NCBI GenBank assembly: GCA_020632395.1
Contig: JACKFQ010000001.1
Span: forward strand, 313,900 to 377,899
Origin: Candidatus Nomurabacteria bacterium
Lineage (GTDB): Bacteria > Patescibacteriota > Dojkabacteria > SC72 > JAHDCA01
Reading direction: 5' to 3'
DNA length: 64,000 nucleotides
Part shown: positions 29,301 through 37,076 of the stretch, piece after piece
Layout of the letters: each line of letters starts with the position of its first letter
Numbering within the stretch: position 1 is the first letter of the stretch
Position numbers and translations under genes: made by a program
The notes under the pieces: model-generated
What the model was told of the DNA's origin: nothing
Databases searched by the model: none
What the model saw: the letters and a program-made list of their open reading frames with translations, nothing else

Positions 29301-29760
29301 CTTTATCTATACAACCACAAGCTTCTGGGCAAACAGGAGGAGGCTCTGTACCACCACCACCGCCACCGCCACCACCAGTATAGTTCACACAGCAGGTTCC
29401 CTGAGATCTATCCTCCCAACTTACTGCATGGCAAAAGGGATCGGGTCCGGTATAATCCCATTCACAACCATTCGGATGCGGGTCGTATACGTCGAAAGTA
29501 CAACTATTTCCACAATTGACATAATAATTTGCTCCAGTAGGACTCAATACACAATTATCTCCTTGCTCGACACACACATAGGTATCTAATCTCGTACAGC
29601 CTCCACAATAATCTTGAGGTGACAGATTACATGTTGAGGAAGGATAATTATCTGGACATGAAGATAAGGCTTGATCCTGTACACCTAAAAAAAAGATCAG
29701 AGAAAACAGGAAGAATATTGTCGTTGATATTGCTCCTGGCAATATTTTCTGTGTACTCAC
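26320..29760 (-). CDS. Giant (1146 aa) secreted Cys-rich, Gly-tract-containing protein within the pilus cluster (candidate pilus-associated adhesin)
   Basis: N-terminal signal peptide. The first ~300 aa are dense in Cys with runs GGGGGGGG and TGGGGGGGC. Long beta-rich C-terminal region. No recognisable catalytic motif. Confidence 0.45.
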   Translation of the reverse strand: MSTQKILPGAISTTIFFLFSLIFFLGVQDQALSSCPDNYPSSTCNLSPQDYCGGCTRLDTYVCVEQGDNCVLSPTGANYYVNCGNSCTFDVYDPHPNGCEWDYTGPDPFCHAVSWEDRSQGTCCVNYTGGGGGGGGGTEPPPVCPEACGCIDKDTPEGMGCWCEVGGWQYHNPEGCIPPESDYPSCPAGCGNTGGGGGGGCNDSCSCSNYACVPGTSLTATGPLCTAGTESCTCTTECGNIHTNTGTSMCYYPETNILTPESPTQVTMTVAGYSIPLTSNPTLIPMPLASNGETASVSIPDYPGDSTGARAVKYYMCFNNIGEYDWDDPVDVNPWRPPNQLEDFCSSSPCDNSPSGMQSTSIIQPSGYSIYEVLTQGAQGGNWSEYRFVDKCDNTCTYSHNSSDGWITGRYLVNTYPEFVDFDDLTDRNEAFLGCTTNWSSTRLNDELEYSVTVSDVNGASNIETISVWFSADGNPPTIKDLAVGGTPGSSPESKEFGFLVERSRNQNVWNHIFIPRYQPDQANPLIWWRPNDGTQNIDATNNGYNVRILDPDGNPIAIIRNVSISENGNDATLNFKLILLHELNHDITGAYTIDDYRSIPNDEYSIAFAVGDEFGFSASNILQHRVVPDWNVIPDDQYSLKVDFTPPVFTMSDLVVAGSQEINFTWNAKEPILSNQSGFKKVVLDSYFSPPPPPSVIGNITLGHEREYNFVPNLIDLLNHGDTHLYADSNYHESIVEKIDLLDLNEGSLGFYGGALDNACNFSRCNGENSYSSDNQGYTPEDGSCLSQDIGETWVVTRGGNVYSSGGYDLNMYPISPYTGSQSKLTPQADLFEDPFRIQVFFPRDDASVSLDDIKISSGLLMAGNSTLNGVEDYLYSGFIKRDYPASQDRNADPQYKDLVELYREVKSRSDALGEEKFFEMTYQNNVQISNNSSTPLSFGTISPSQCPDNYKYCVFRPVDFYSTSNVEFQPGFTCNRPTIIFVPGNLTVNPDLVRRGSISNGCLFIVRSSISIESGNLRQSPMLMPPEICRTDLTDTDCYPIYDLLEGFFLTDGKITIQEDNTNPTIPGSSNVNDALHVRGALIAKGETGVNRATSAIENYRTLRLVLNNRFPTLVIHGDPRYYEMVKDAFGMYQYSYSTDIGFK

Positions 29761-30359
29761 TCTTTTAGATCTTTTGTTAGATTAACTACAAAATAATCAC
29801 CATATAAGGTGCCAACATCATCCTGAGTAGCATATAAAGTAGTATATGGGATCATATATCTAGCTGATGGAGTTAGGTTATCTGATGCAAGTAACTCTTC
29901 TCTTTGGCTCTCTGAGAGCCACTCTCCTAGATAATCAACCCGTATCTGCTCTCCTACTGGATATAACTCGGGAAAGTCATCCTCAGCTAATACCGTATAA
30001 CTACCATCCAATTCCCATTGATAGATAAACTCCTCTCTTTCAACGTCTCCGATCTTTCCGAAAAGAAACAGAGGCTTTTCATTGACGATACCTTGATAGT
30101 TAACATACTGTCCGATCAGATAAAACCCACCATCGATCCATTTATAATCAACCACAACTGGTTGAAATGAACTGATCCTCAGCTCATTGAGGATAATGTA
30201 GTGGTAATAAGGGTAGTAATCCACATCTGTCTCAGAAACGAGGGTAGGGTAGTGATCTCGCGTACTACTCCAGTAGTAGAACCCATAGATCCCTAGCAGG
30301 ACATAACCTACAAATAACACAAAGAATAGTAATTGTTTCTTCTTGATAGACAACTTCAT
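29757..30359 (-). CDS. Membrane-anchored hypothetical protein (translationally coupled upstream of the giant protein)
   Basis: 200 aa with an N-terminal TM (LLFFVLFVGYVLLGIYGFYYW). Its 3' end overlaps the start of the giant gene by 4 nt. Confidence 0.4.
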   Translation of the reverse strand: MKLSIKKKQLLFFVLFVGYVLLGIYGFYYWSSTRDHYPTLVSETDVDYYPYYHYIILNELRISSFQPVVVDYKWIDGGFYLIGQYVNYQGIVNEKPLFLFGKIGDVEREEFIYQWELDGSYTVLAEDDFPELYPVGEQIRVDYLGEWLSESQREELLASDNLTPSARYMIPYTTLYATQDDVGTLYGDYFVVNLTKDLKE

Positions 30360-30420
30360 ACAAATTGTAAATAAATCAATGGTAGGGCGTCTTCAGGTTT
30401 GAATTCGGACCTGATAGGTA

Positions 30421-30813
30421 CTAACTGTTGCTCTCCAATACCTCTCGAGCCTCCTTGATCATATCGTCAGCTTCCAACTCCGACTTGATCAGGTAAGAAT
30501 TAGCTCCGATCATGAACGCCTCTTTAATAACTCTTTCACTGGTCATATTGGTCAGTACTATGATCGGCGCATTGCCGTATTTTTCAGGCTCTGCTTTTAT
30601 CCTTCGGAGTACCTCTAAACCATCGATCCCTGCCATCATCAGATCCAAAAAGATCAATTTTACCTCGTCACGATAGCTTGCAAGGATCTCCAACCCTATA
30701 TATCCATCACTTGCTTTGTATGCATCATATCCTTCTGATACTAAGATCTCAGCATATGTGTCTAATAGTGCTGTTTCATCCTCTATCAGTAGCACTTTTA
30801 TACCTTCATTCAT
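30421..30813 (-). CDS. Stand-alone response regulator receiver (CheY-like REC domain)
   Basis: 130 aa. VLLIEDE..., phospho-acceptor in IFLDLMMAGIDG, PIIVLTNMTS, KEAFMIGANSYLIKS. This is the REC fold only. Confidence 0.8.
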   Translation of the reverse strand: MNEGIKVLLIEDETALLDTYAEILVSEGYDAYKASDGYIGLEILASYRDEVKLIFLDLMMAGIDGLEVLRRIKAEPEKYGNAPIIVLTNMTSERVIKEAFMIGANSYLIKSELEADDMIKEAREVLESNS

Positions 30814-30831
30814 TTTTATTTATTTGATAAA

Positions 30832-31866
30832 TTATCGATTCTCTAATGTTCCCTGACCGTTAAAGAGCACATAATCAAAGATCGCTGGTGCCCATTCCTG
30901 ATCGGAGATAATAAACTCTTTACCACGTGAGTTACCACTACAATTGATCGTGGTCGACACTCTAAAAAGAGTACTTTCAGCACCTCCACAACCATCTGGA
31001 AGGTAACTACGTGTCACGCTTACATCACCACCGATAGGTCTGATCCTCATCTCGTATAGAGCATACTCCTCAGAACTATATGTTTTTTTCAAAGGAGCAA
31101 CATATTGAGTGTCCGAATCTTCCCAACCGACCCATTCAGGTGGACTACAAGAGGCGGCTGTATTCACACACTGTCCGACAATATCATCATACTCATGAGG
31201 TTTATATGCACTGACCTGTCCCGTAGCAGTATCAAGTTGTACATACAAAGGTATGTAAACAACACCTACTTGCTCATTTCCAGCTGCAATCGGCTGGGCA
31301 TTGATGATGATATTCGTACAGGCACTGTTTGGATCTGCACCAGGTATGAAAGCAAAGACCGTATCTTTATCGACCTCAATAGGGTCATCATCTCCTACAG
31401 GTTGGAATGACAACTTAAAGCCACCTAGAGTGGATCCGATATCTGCATACCCACATTCATTTAGTAGTGCTTCTTCTACAGAGGAGTAATATTCATCTAG
31501 CCCAAAGTAGCTGGTGAAGGATTCGAAATCAAGTAATCCATTTAACTCACAGCCATCAGTCAAGAAGTTGTAAGCGGTAAAATTTCCATCAGTACAAGGG
31601 GATACTTGTTGGTTCCCCCATGTGGCAAGATCATCTAAGGTGATATCTTTGATAGAATCTAAAACGGTATCAGCTACTCGAATTGAATCTCCTGAGCTTC
31701 TTTCTTCTTCTACCCGTCTGCTATTACCCATTGTTCTTGAGATAAGGGCAAGGGCAATTATCACGCCCACAACAATCACTACAAGTACTACTGCGAGTAC
31801 CTGTGCGGTGTATCGATTTTTGGCAGTATTTGAAGAAAACATCGTATACATAAATCTAACACGCAC
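30832..31866 (-). CDS. Hypothetical exported/membrane-anchored protein in the pilus cluster
   Basis: 344 aa with an N-terminal TM (AQVLAVVLVVIVVGVIIALALI). No canonical prepilin motif. Confidence 0.35.
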   Translation of the reverse strand: MRVRFMYTMFSSNTAKNRYTAQVLAVVLVVIVVGVIIALALISRTMGNSRRVEEERSSGDSIRVADTVLDSIKDITLDDLATWGNQQVSPCTDGNFTAYNFLTDGCELNGLLDFESFTSYFGLDEYYSSVEEALLNECGYADIGSTLGGFKLSFQPVGDDDPIEVDKDTVFAFIPGADPNSACTNIIINAQPIAAGNEQVGVVYIPLYVQLDTATGQVSAYKPHEYDDIVGQCVNTAASCSPPEWVGWEDSDTQYVAPLKKTYSSEEYALYEMRIRPIGGDVSVTRSYLPDGCGGAESTLFRVSTTINCSGNSRGKEFIISDQEWAPAIFDYVLFNGQGTLENR

Positions 31867-31869
31867 CCC

Positions 31870-32580
31870 CTAGAAGGTCAACTTTTTGGTTGAAACGATA
31901 AGTTGGCGATAATATTCTGGTTTGAAACGAGATTCTTTACCTGGGACCCAATGTACCGGCTCTACTTCAAGATCGATCACAAAATTGTAGTTGTCACCCG
32001 TACCTGGATAAACATTGATGACCATAGAATTCACATCAACATCGTCGCTATTTAGATATACTCTTTGTATCGAATCAGCTATACATTGCGGATCTTGAGA
32101 GGGGACTGTCCCTTTTACGATAAAACCGAGGTCTTCAAATGATGTTCCAGGATAACCTGGGTACATAGCTATACATACCCAATTATCGCTACCGATCGGA
32201 CGGAAATGGATCTCAGTTCCATCAAACTCTGTATTTAAAGGATCATTTGCGAGATCATATACTTGTAGGGTTTCCCGAGGAGGTGCGGTGATAGTACCTT
32301 CCGGAGAAACCCCCCAATTTGTATTTATGCCACTCTGTACTTTGTATAAGAAGATCTCATCTATCTGAGAATTTTGTACATACCTTTCCAGTATCTCAAA
32401 GATGTATTCCGTATCGTCACGAACAAGCGTTCTAGCAGAAGAAATAGCGGATGCTTTTATCAGGGCTGTCAATGTAGTAGAAACAACTAGAAGTACTAGT
32501 CCTACTATCAACAGAGTTATTAACATCTCTACAAGACTGAGACCTTCATATTTGTTGATTGTTCGATAGTTGTTGTTCAT
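31870..32580 (-). CDS. Type IV pilin-like protein (minor pilin/pseudopilin)
   Basis: The N-terminus GLSLVEMLITLLIVGLVLL is a prepilin-peptidase class III signal (G|xxxxE plus hydrophobic helix). Confidence 0.7.
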   Translation of the reverse strand: MNNNYRTINKYEGLSLVEMLITLLIVGLVLLVVSTTLTALIKASAISSARTLVRDDTEYIFEILERYVQNSQIDEIFLYKVQSGINTNWGVSPEGTITAPPRETLQVYDLANDPLNTEFDGTEIHFRPIGSDNWVCIAMYPGYPGTSFEDLGFIVKGTVPSQDPQCIADSIQRVYLNSDDVDVNSMVINVYPGTGDNYNFVIDLEVEPVHWVPGKESRFKPEYYRQLIVSTKKLTF

Positions 32581-32584
32581 TTTC

Positions 32585-33250
32585 TTATGGCTTTACTGTA
32601 TATACAGCTAAATGTTCAACCATCTCACACGTTTCATTCTTCCCAGATATCGTCGAATAACGTGCATTATATTTTCTGTCATAACAACTTTTAGTCCCAG
32701 TGAAGATCTTTGTCACCATAATATAATAGTTCGTATTATCTGATTCTGGTGTGATACAGATGATCCTAAACATCTGATCTCGATGATCTGACAGATCCTC
32801 TGATCCTACAGTATCTATACTTACAGTATCCCACTGCGATAGGCACTCATATGGATTGATACCAAACCTTGTACTGTCACTAGAATCAGAAGCATTACAG
32901 TATGCTAGAGCATTTGAGATCACAGGATCACCTAGATCCCCATCCAAGGCGAAACAAGACCCTATGCTATTTTGAAAAGTATTCCCCCCAGGTGAAAGCA
33001 TATTAGTTGTTGAGATCGTGCGATTGCCTTGATTCCACTCCTCTATAAAATAATCCATTATGGCCGCACCCTTTACCGCCTCTTGTGATAACTGATCTGA
33101 GATCTCATTGTCAATCACCTGTCCTATGGTATTGGCGGCAACAGTCATCAAGCCCATCGCTGCAATTCCTGTGATCAAGATCGCTATCAATGCCTCAACA
33201 AAACCTTGTGCATTGTATCTATTGTTGTTAGTAAGGTTTACTTTCTTCAT
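32585..33250 (-). CDS. Pilin-like protein with a divergent prepilin N-terminus
   Basis: AQGFVEALIAILITGIAAMGLM is a hydrophobic N-terminal helix with Gly-Phe and an early Glu. The spacing is non-canonical. Confidence 0.45.
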   Translation of the reverse strand: MKKVNLTNNNRYNAQGFVEALIAILITGIAAMGLMTVAANTIGQVIDNEISDQLSQEAVKGAAIMDYFIEEWNQGNRTISTTNMLSPGGNTFQNSIGSCFALDGDLGDPVISNALAYCNASDSSDSTRFGINPYECLSQWDTVSIDTVGSEDLSDHRDQMFRIICITPESDNTNYYIMVTKIFTGTKSCYDRKYNARYSTISGKNETCEMVEHLAVYTVKP

Positions 33251-33285
33251 TTTTCTGGTAACTGAATTATAGATTGATACAACAA

Positions 33286-34275
33286 CTAAAAAGTATCAAA
33301 AACCGGTGGGTTAATAGGATCACCTCCTGTTGGAGGGGTTTCCTCGCTACCTCCTCCACCAACAGGAGGGTCTTGATCTGACCCACCACCTCCCGAAAGA
33401 TTAACATTATCATCTACTCCAAGAGGAGGGTCAAAATCAAATTCGGTTAGAATAGTAGCTTGGTCTACAGACTCTACAGTTACTTTGCCGGAATCATGTG
33501 CGATAGTGATCTTCTGCCCTCGACTACCATTAGGTGTTGCGATAACAAAAGTCAGATCTATCGGATTGTTTTCAGGGACTCCATCAGATTCGTAGTTCAT
33601 AATTACACCATTTTGATCATAAAAAAAGACGTTTCCAGTAACAGATTCGAATAATATGAATGCCGGAATCTGAATTCCTCTTAGGAAACCAACCCTCAAC
33701 GGTTTATCGATGAGCCACTGTCCTTGTGGACCATTACCGGATACCAAACCACTTCCTGTAGTAGGCATAGAGGCTAATCTTCCACTTTGTGAAGTTCCAA
33801 CTATGACGGGATCACAAAAGGTTCCATCTATATAATTAGGCTTATTTGAATCCGTAAAAGGGAGAGTACCCTGAGTCACAAGGTCGTAGTCGTTATCACC
33901 CGGATCAAGATGGGAAGGGAAGTACGATTGAGCTCCGGGAGTTTCATTGAATTCTTCACCATTTGCACACCATTTGAACACTTGATATTCTTCTGTAGTA
34001 TAAATATTACTGAAATCAACACCGATTCCGTACACCCAATTCTCTCCGGGATCTCGTTTAAGTAGCACCGCAGCTCTTTGCACCCATCGCATGTTTTGTT
34101 TGATATCCTCAACTCTCTGATTCATCTGGATCGATGTTCTCAAGCCGGAGAAGGCTGAGATAGAAATACCGAATATGGCAGTAAATATCGCCATAACTAT
34201 TAACATCTCAATTAGGGTGAAACCTCGGTATTTGATTTGCGAACGCATAAAGGCAGGTAAAGATCTTACAGACAT
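33286..34275 (-). CDS. Type IV pilin-like protein (minor pilin) with a Gly-rich C-terminus
   Basis: Canonical RGFTLIEMLIVMAIFTAIFG prepilin leader/helix. C-terminal GGGGSDQDPPVGGGGSEETPPTGG. Confidence 0.75.
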   Translation of the reverse strand: MSVRSLPAFMRSQIKYRGFTLIEMLIVMAIFTAIFGISISAFSGLRTSIQMNQRVEDIKQNMRWVQRAAVLLKRDPGENWVYGIGVDFSNIYTTEEYQVFKWCANGEEFNETPGAQSYFPSHLDPGDNDYDLVTQGTLPFTDSNKPNYIDGTFCDPVIVGTSQSGRLASMPTTGSGLVSGNGPQGQWLIDKPLRVGFLRGIQIPAFILFESVTGNVFFYDQNGVIMNYESDGVPENNPIDLTFVIATPNGSRGQKITIAHDSGKVTVESVDQATILTEFDFDPPLGVDDNVNLSGGGGSDQDPPVGGGGSEETPPTGGDPINPPVFDTF

Positions 34276-34278
34276 AAT

Positions 34279-35058
34279 TTACCATAGGTAAAGTATGTAA
34301 GCAAAATACTTATCTATATATATTTGCAAAGGGAAGTAGGCCAGTAGCCCCAGATACAGAAATGGTACAAAAGGCACCATATCTTTTCGTGTGACCTTCT
34401 TTATTAACATGAGTCCGATCATCGAAAATCCGGAGATCATCAAACCGATGATAATTACACTTAAGAGTTGTTTGAGTGGGAAGAAAAAACTCAAAAGGAT
34501 GACAACCAGAAGATCTCCCTCACCAAAACTCATTCTGATGCGATTAAAAAACAATACAATTAGCCCTACAGCTATACTCAGGTAGATCGGAACAAAACTC
34601 CACTCAATAGAAGTAAAGTACCTATACACAAAAACTGTGATGCCCACAATCAAGAAAGCATGCATGATATTTTTAGGAAACCCCTTGTAGAATAGGTCAT
34701 ACAGAGCAAGAAAGTATAGTAGGGAAGCCAGTAGATATATCTCAGGCTTGACCTGATAGTACCAAAGCAAGACTAATGAGAAGCCGAAAAGAGCTTCTGT
34801 TATTGGATATAAAATTGGTATTTTCATGCCGCACTTGGCACACCGGCCTTTCTGGAAAACGAATGAGAACACAGGTATTAATTCGTACCAGCTAAGGTCT
34901 TTTTTACAATTTTCACACTGAGATGGTGTTAAGATCAGGTCTTTCAGCTTCATCTGATTTTCTATTCGATATATCTGGGCATTGAAAAAACTTGTAAGAG
35001 CTGCACCCAAGCCGAAAAGCAATATTATCTGACAGATCTCATACACGGTTAATAACAT
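34279..35058 (-). CDS. pilD: Prepilin peptidase (A24 family, PilD-like)
   Basis: Zinc-binding tetracysteine region CENCKKDLSW...CAKCGMKI. Polytopic membrane. Second catalytic Asp context FGEGDLLVV. Confidence 0.85.
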   Translation of the reverse strand: MLLTVYEICQIILLFGLGAALTSFFNAQIYRIENQMKLKDLILTPSQCENCKKDLSWYELIPVFSFVFQKGRCAKCGMKIPILYPITEALFGFSLVLLWYYQVKPEIYLLASLLYFLALYDLFYKGFPKNIMHAFLIVGITVFVYRYFTSIEWSFVPIYLSIAVGLIVLFFNRIRMSFGEGDLLVVILLSFFFPLKQLLSVIIIGLMISGFSMIGLMLIKKVTRKDMVPFVPFLYLGLLAYFPLQIYIDKYFAYILYLW

Positions 35059-35166
35059 ATTTCACATACTGAATTTACATTGTCAGTCTATCATAAAAAA
35101 CTTGCATAAAAAGCATAAAAAAAGGAGACCTTAAATTTTAAGATCTCCTTCCCGTAGCCTAAATGA

Positions 35167-35748
35167 TCACTCCGATACACCACCCCAGCTCTGAGTAGCA
35201 CCGTCCCAATCGCTAGTAGCAGCTGCTGCAGATTGATCTTCGACCAGTTCCTGGAATGTAACTGCTGCTATCTCCTTTGTAGTAATTGGCTCACCACCAG
35301 TTACATCACCATCTCCAAATCCATTTCCGTGACAATATCCACCCTGATCATCATTTGTAATTGCTGTTGGCTCACTAAATGAGACACAAACCAGAAAAGC
35401 TTGAGGTGAGTTTGATGTATTATCAACGAAATAATAGTATCTTGCTGCAGCACCTCCATCAAAATTGGCGTCAACATACTGATCTAATACACCGCCAGTG
35501 CCTAAAGCTGTCTCAAAGTCAACAAAATCAGTTGATGTACCATCACCAATAGTTGGATACTCTCGATTGTCAGTATAGTATGATTGTAATGCCTGGAACA
35601 TTTGATCTACAGCACTTTGATGTTGGATGTTATTTGCTCTCTGAACTGCAAACCTTGCAACAGAAACACCTATAGCCATAAGAACTGAGAGTATACCCAT
35701 AACTATGAGCATCTCAACCAAAGTAAACCCTGAATATTTTCTAGTCAT
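35167..35748 (-). CDS. pilA: Type IV pilin (probable major pilin, PilA-like)
   Basis: 193 aa. SGFTLVEMLIVMGILSVLMAIGV is a canonical prepilin N-terminus. It lies between pilD and pilC. Small size. Confidence 0.75.
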   Translation of the reverse strand: MTRKYSGFTLVEMLIVMGILSVLMAIGVSVARFAVQRANNIQHQSAVDQMFQALQSYYTDNREYPTIGDGTSTDFVDFETALGTGGVLDQYVDANFDGGAAARYYYFVDNTSNSPQAFLVCVSFSEPTAITNDDQGGYCHGNGFGDGDVTGGEPITTKEIAAVTFQELVEDQSAAAATSDWDGATQSWGGVSE

Positions 35749-35845
35749 TGTAGAGGCAGTGATTAATTTATAGTCTCTTATTACTATATTAATCTAACGC
35801 AACTTTTTCTGTATGTCAACCTGTATGTATATCATCCCTAATATA

Positions 35846-37057
35846 TTAACCGATTACCTCAACCAATGAGAACATAGGCATGTATACAGCAAGTGCTATA
35901 AAGCCAATTATAATACCTACTACTATGAGTATGATCGGCTCGAGTAGTGTAGTTAGATTTGCAGTCATCACCTCGACCTCATCAGTATAGTACTGAGCTA
36001 GTTTTGTGAGTATCATATCGATCTCTCCGGATTCTTCTCCAACTGCTATCATCTGACTGACGATCAGAGGGAAAAATTCGCTACGAGCAATAGGTGTTGC
36101 CATAGGAACTCCTTTTTCGACTTCATTTTTCGTGACTAAAACTGCTTGTCGAAAATGGACATTGCTTAATGCTGATGCAGTAAGTCGAAGTGATTCAACG
36201 ATTGAAAGACCGCTACTCAACAACAATCCCAGAACCCTGTTGAACTGTGTCAGTTGCATTTTGGTTGCTAATGTCCCAAAGACAGGGAACTTCAATAGAA
36301 ACAGATGGAATCTCCTTTTACCGTTAGGACTGTCTATGTAGTATTTCAAGAGTATGATCACTGTGGCACCGATCATAGCTATCAGCCACCAGTAGCTACG
36401 AACAAAATTACTTATATCAATAAGTAGGCGTGTTACAAATGGAAGCTCAGCATCAAACTCACTATATATCTCTTCCATTGCCGGAACCAGGTAAAACATC
36501 ATGATCGCAACAACGACCACGACAACAACGCTTATCACAGCAGGATAGGTGAATGCACCCTTGATCTTTTCATTAAGCTTCTTCTGATTTTCCAACTCAT
36601 TTGCTAATTTGAGCAGGATCTCTTCGAGGTGCCCACTCTCTTCTCCTGCATCGATCAGGTTGATAGTTATCTCGTCAAAAACATCTTCATACTTTCTAAA
36701 GGATTTCGCCAAGCCCATACCTCCCTGGACTTCATCTGAGACACTAGACAAGATCTTTTTGAACAGGGGATTTGTTGCTTGGGCCTCTAGTATTTCAAGT
36801 GCCTGTGATAGAGGAAGTCCTGCAGATATCATAGTAGAAAGTTGCCTCATGAAAACAACCTTATCCTTCATTGGAACACCACCGATATTTATCTCGTTAA
36901 GTTTCTGGAGGCCTATGGTAACATCCTCGTTAACACTGACTACTATCATACCCTTCTGTTGCAATGCTTCGATCACATCTACCTTGCTTTTTGCCTCAAG
37001 CTTACCTTTGATTACCTCTCCGGCTTGAGTCCTTGCTGAATATCGAAACTGTTTCAT
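35846..37057 (-). CDS. pilC: Type IV pilus platform protein PilC (GspF family)
   Basis: 403 aa. Two GspF repeats, three TM segments, and the conserved AGLPL motif (MISAGLPLSQALEIL). Confidence 0.85.
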   Translation of the reverse strand: MKQFRYSARTQAGEVIKGKLEAKSKVDVIEALQQKGMIVVSVNEDVTIGLQKLNEINIGGVPMKDKVVFMRQLSTMISAGLPLSQALEILEAQATNPLFKKILSSVSDEVQGGMGLAKSFRKYEDVFDEITINLIDAGEESGHLEEILLKLANELENQKKLNEKIKGAFTYPAVISVVVVVVVAIMMFYLVPAMEEIYSEFDAELPFVTRLLIDISNFVRSYWWLIAMIGATVIILLKYYIDSPNGKRRFHLFLLKFPVFGTLATKMQLTQFNRVLGLLLSSGLSIVESLRLTASALSNVHFRQAVLVTKNEVEKGVPMATPIARSEFFPLIVSQMIAVGEESGEIDMILTKLAQYYTDEVEVMTANLTTLLEPIILIVVGIIIGFIALAVYMPMFSLVEVIG

Positions 37058-37076
37058 ACCGATTAAGAACTATAAA

